Source: Botryllus schlosseri (taxonomy: Eukaryota). Taken from it: 64,000 nt of DNA. The translations under genes and the position numbers were made by a program. The stretch lies in contig CM119371.1 of the NCBI GenBank assembly GCA_051294905.1, positions 37,140,001 to 37,204,000 on the forward strand, given 5' to 3'. Shown here piece after piece: positions 61,324 to 64,000 of the stretch (its first letter is position 1; every line of letters begins with the position of its first letter). The notes beneath the pieces were generated by a model. It was not told the DNA's origin and made no database searches. It saw nothing but the letters and a program-made list of their open reading frames with translations.

Positions 61324-64000
61324 CTTTACAGTTTTGAAAAGTGAAGCAAAATATTTCGGGAAACCCACCGCCGGTGCCGGCCGGTTAATACCTCTATCTG
61401 TGAAATCTGGGAGACTTTAAAAACTAAATGATTGAAATTCATTGGATTTGGACAGTCTATGATTTAGCTAAATATAATAAAGGCTTGCAAACAGCTTAGT
61501 CGTAATCTTACGAAAAATACTACACTGAAGTTGATGATTTTGAACAGGACTTCGCCTTACAGAGACTTTCATAGAACCATGCATGGTTGTAACCAAGTGA
61601 CAAGACTCCGAGTCAAAAGTCAATTTCATTTTTATAATTTTGACTCGAGTCAAGTCGAGTCATTTTCAATTCGCCACTGAGTCAAGTCCGAGTCATGGTA
61701 TTGTGACTCGAGTCCATGTCGTTGTGTCGACTGCCAAGTTTCCCGTTGAAGACTTGTTGAACAAACTTTGTATAACTCTGTTTGATGATATCGAAAAATT
61801 CGCATTTATATTATACTAATTTTCCTTACTTCTAGCAGCTTCTGGTCGCATTTTCAAGTACCCTACCAGTACCAATAGATGAAATCCCAATAGTATGGTT
61901 ACTTTACTATTCTTCTAAATTACGATGAAATTTTGGTCTTGGACGTCTGTGTCTCGAGTCCAAATCGAGTCAATACACAGATTGGCTCGAGTCGAGTCAT
62001 TTCCGTAATTTGAGAAGTCGAGTAAACAGAAAATCGTGACTCGAGTCATTACAACCCTTTGGAACCCTGTATGAAATGTGTGATGTCACAAATGTGGCAG
62101 CAATTGAAATTTGGAATATTTACCATCCAGTTGCATACATTTCTTGTAATTACCTGTTTGGTAAATTTTGATATCGGAATTTCTCAAAATTTGTTTTAAA
62201 ATTTTACTACTTACCACGCTAAGATGGTTGAGAACCACTGTGTTAGGTTGTGATTTCCAGTTGACAATCAAATGTATTTTATATTATTTCAGGACAACGA
62301 TCGGTTATCGCTGCCAACTCTGGTGCTGGACTCCATATTAAAATGCCCAGTCAACTCGAGAAAGGCTCTCGCCTCAAATCTGGATCTGTCAGGTAAACTA
62401 TTTTATAGCTGTGTAATGTTAGAAGAAATTCTGTTCGGGTAACAAACTGACTTTACAACTTGACAGCATCCGCAAAATCTTTCTTTATCTTACTCAAGTC
62501 ACGATTTTTTTGGTGACTCGACTTGACTCGGGTCATTGTGCATGACTCTAACCAAGTCATATAACTCAAGACTATGACAGCCAAGACAGAAATTACATTG
62601 TAACTTCGAAGAATAGTAAAGTTACCACATGATTGCTATCAATCTATCAGTCCTGATACTTGACAAAACAGGGCCTGAAACTGTTATGACTGAGGAAATT
62701 GACGATATTATGAATGCGAGCCATTCTATATCACTCGAGCAGAGTTGAGAAAAGGGGGTTGAACCGGAGTGAACTGAAAACTTGAACAGTGAACATTGTG
62801 ACTTGGACTCGACCCTCTACTAGCTGACTTGGACTCCATAGTGAGACTCGAGGCAATATCGTAAAAGTTCAATTGACTTATAACTCGGATCATTGTGACT
62901 TGGTTACGATCCTGGTTTTAACTAGTCGTTATGACAATTTCAATTTCTTGTTTCAAAAGCACTATCTACGTTACAAAATCCAAAAGTACAAGTGAAAGTA
63001 GTCAAAACACACTACCTCTTTGGTAATTATTGCGAGTACACAATGTACAAGTCGAAATACTTTGTTACTGACAACCTCTATATGAGGTATATTTCTTGAA
63101 TTATTAAACGAATTGACCTCAGTGCCTTTATTGCGTCCAAATGCATCTGTTGCAGGTAGAACATCCATGCTTGCCGGCTTTTCGCACAGATTGTTGTCAG
63201 ACCTCGAAGATCTGGTCGCGATCGGGGAACGATACAAGCCTGTGAGTTATGTTTTTGTTATCTGCAATTACTTCTAATTACAAAGAGAGTTTGACGAATA
63301 ATAAATTTTAAACTATTCCAAATTGTATCATAAATTACACTTATAGCTACACAGTTTTTCAAATTAAATTAGTATTAGAATTAATTACTGAATTCGCATA
63401 AACTTGAAATTGAATTAAGTCCCTAATTCTATAGATGTATTTCGAATTCTCGGTTTTCCGAGTGTCTGTTTCGCGTTCAGAACACGCCGGTCCGCGGAAA
63501 TATCGTGTTGTGGTTGGGAGCCTCAATTTACGCCTCGCTGGAAACTTTTCCTCACAGATCCATAACGAAAGAATATTTTATCGAGGTGAGGGTAATGGTC
63601 TGTTATGGCTTGCGTTCGAAATAGCTGAGTGTCATAATATCAAGGCATTCAAAATAGTGACCGTACTGGCTGGGCAGGACAAGCAGGGCTGTGGAGTCGG
63701 TTCACTGTATCTCTAACTGAGAATTTTTGAATATGCCGATTAATATTTTTTTCACCGAACTCAGACTCAAGCACTCCTGTAAATCCTCTCCGATAATATT
63801 ACATTTAGTTATCATTATTGACACTCTTGAAGGTACAAAGCTGAACGTACAAATCATGTATTCATATTGAAATAACCCGTAATATTTTCAGCTGATACTC
63901 ATCAGGACTGATCGTCAGCAGGTAGTGGAGAATTGGAAAGAACATTGTATGTCAACAATCGTATCACAAATGTTATTTCAAATTACCTACTAGTTGCCGA

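Larger units (their letters stand above)
57550..63585 (+). pseudogene. ACTR10: ACTR10 / Arp11 3'-half pseudogene, copy 2 (last exon presumably beyond the window)
   Basis: Exons 57550-57674 (4-nt deletion), 60210-60446 (TAG and indels), 62293-62392 (DNDRLSLPTLVLDSILKCPVNSRKALASNL), 63156-63241 (GRTSMLAGFSHRLLSDLEDLV), 63454-63585 (VLWLGASIYASLETFPHRSITKEYFIE; acceptor AG mutated to GG). Confidence 0.85.

Overview
AT-rich metazoan (probably marine invertebrate) genomic DNA with GT-AG introns, heavily invaded by transposons. The backbone is a tandemly duplicated cassette: a long C2H2 zinc-finger exon with a non-canonical HAGVKNHEC linker, a shared 3' flank, and a 5'-truncated, intron-containing ACTR10 (Arp11) pseudogene. 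There are three zinc-finger copies: A (1-216, 3' end only), B (30532-31957, disabled) and C (40766-42180, 16 intact fingers). ACTR10 fragments lie at 2969-6999 and 57550-63585, with one extra duplicated exon at 52953-53081. The most striking object is an 8957-bp foldback-type element (16051-25007, 8-bp TSD ACAATGAC, empty paralogous site near 27720). Its ~2.8-kb inverted arms each carry 10-11 copies of an exactly 194-bp unit, and it encodes a nonsense-interrupted NOF/MULE-like transposase with an N-terminal PHD finger. Also present: a roughly six-level nest of hAT/TTAA elements (7393-15024), a PIF/Harbinger relic nested in a hAT (44740-49111), Chapaev3-like, Tigger-like, LINE and SINE fragments, a 619-bp palindromic MITE, and a minimal Penelope-type hammerhead ribozyme (59786-59822, minus strand). 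All family assignments come from motif recognition by eye; no database searches were run.
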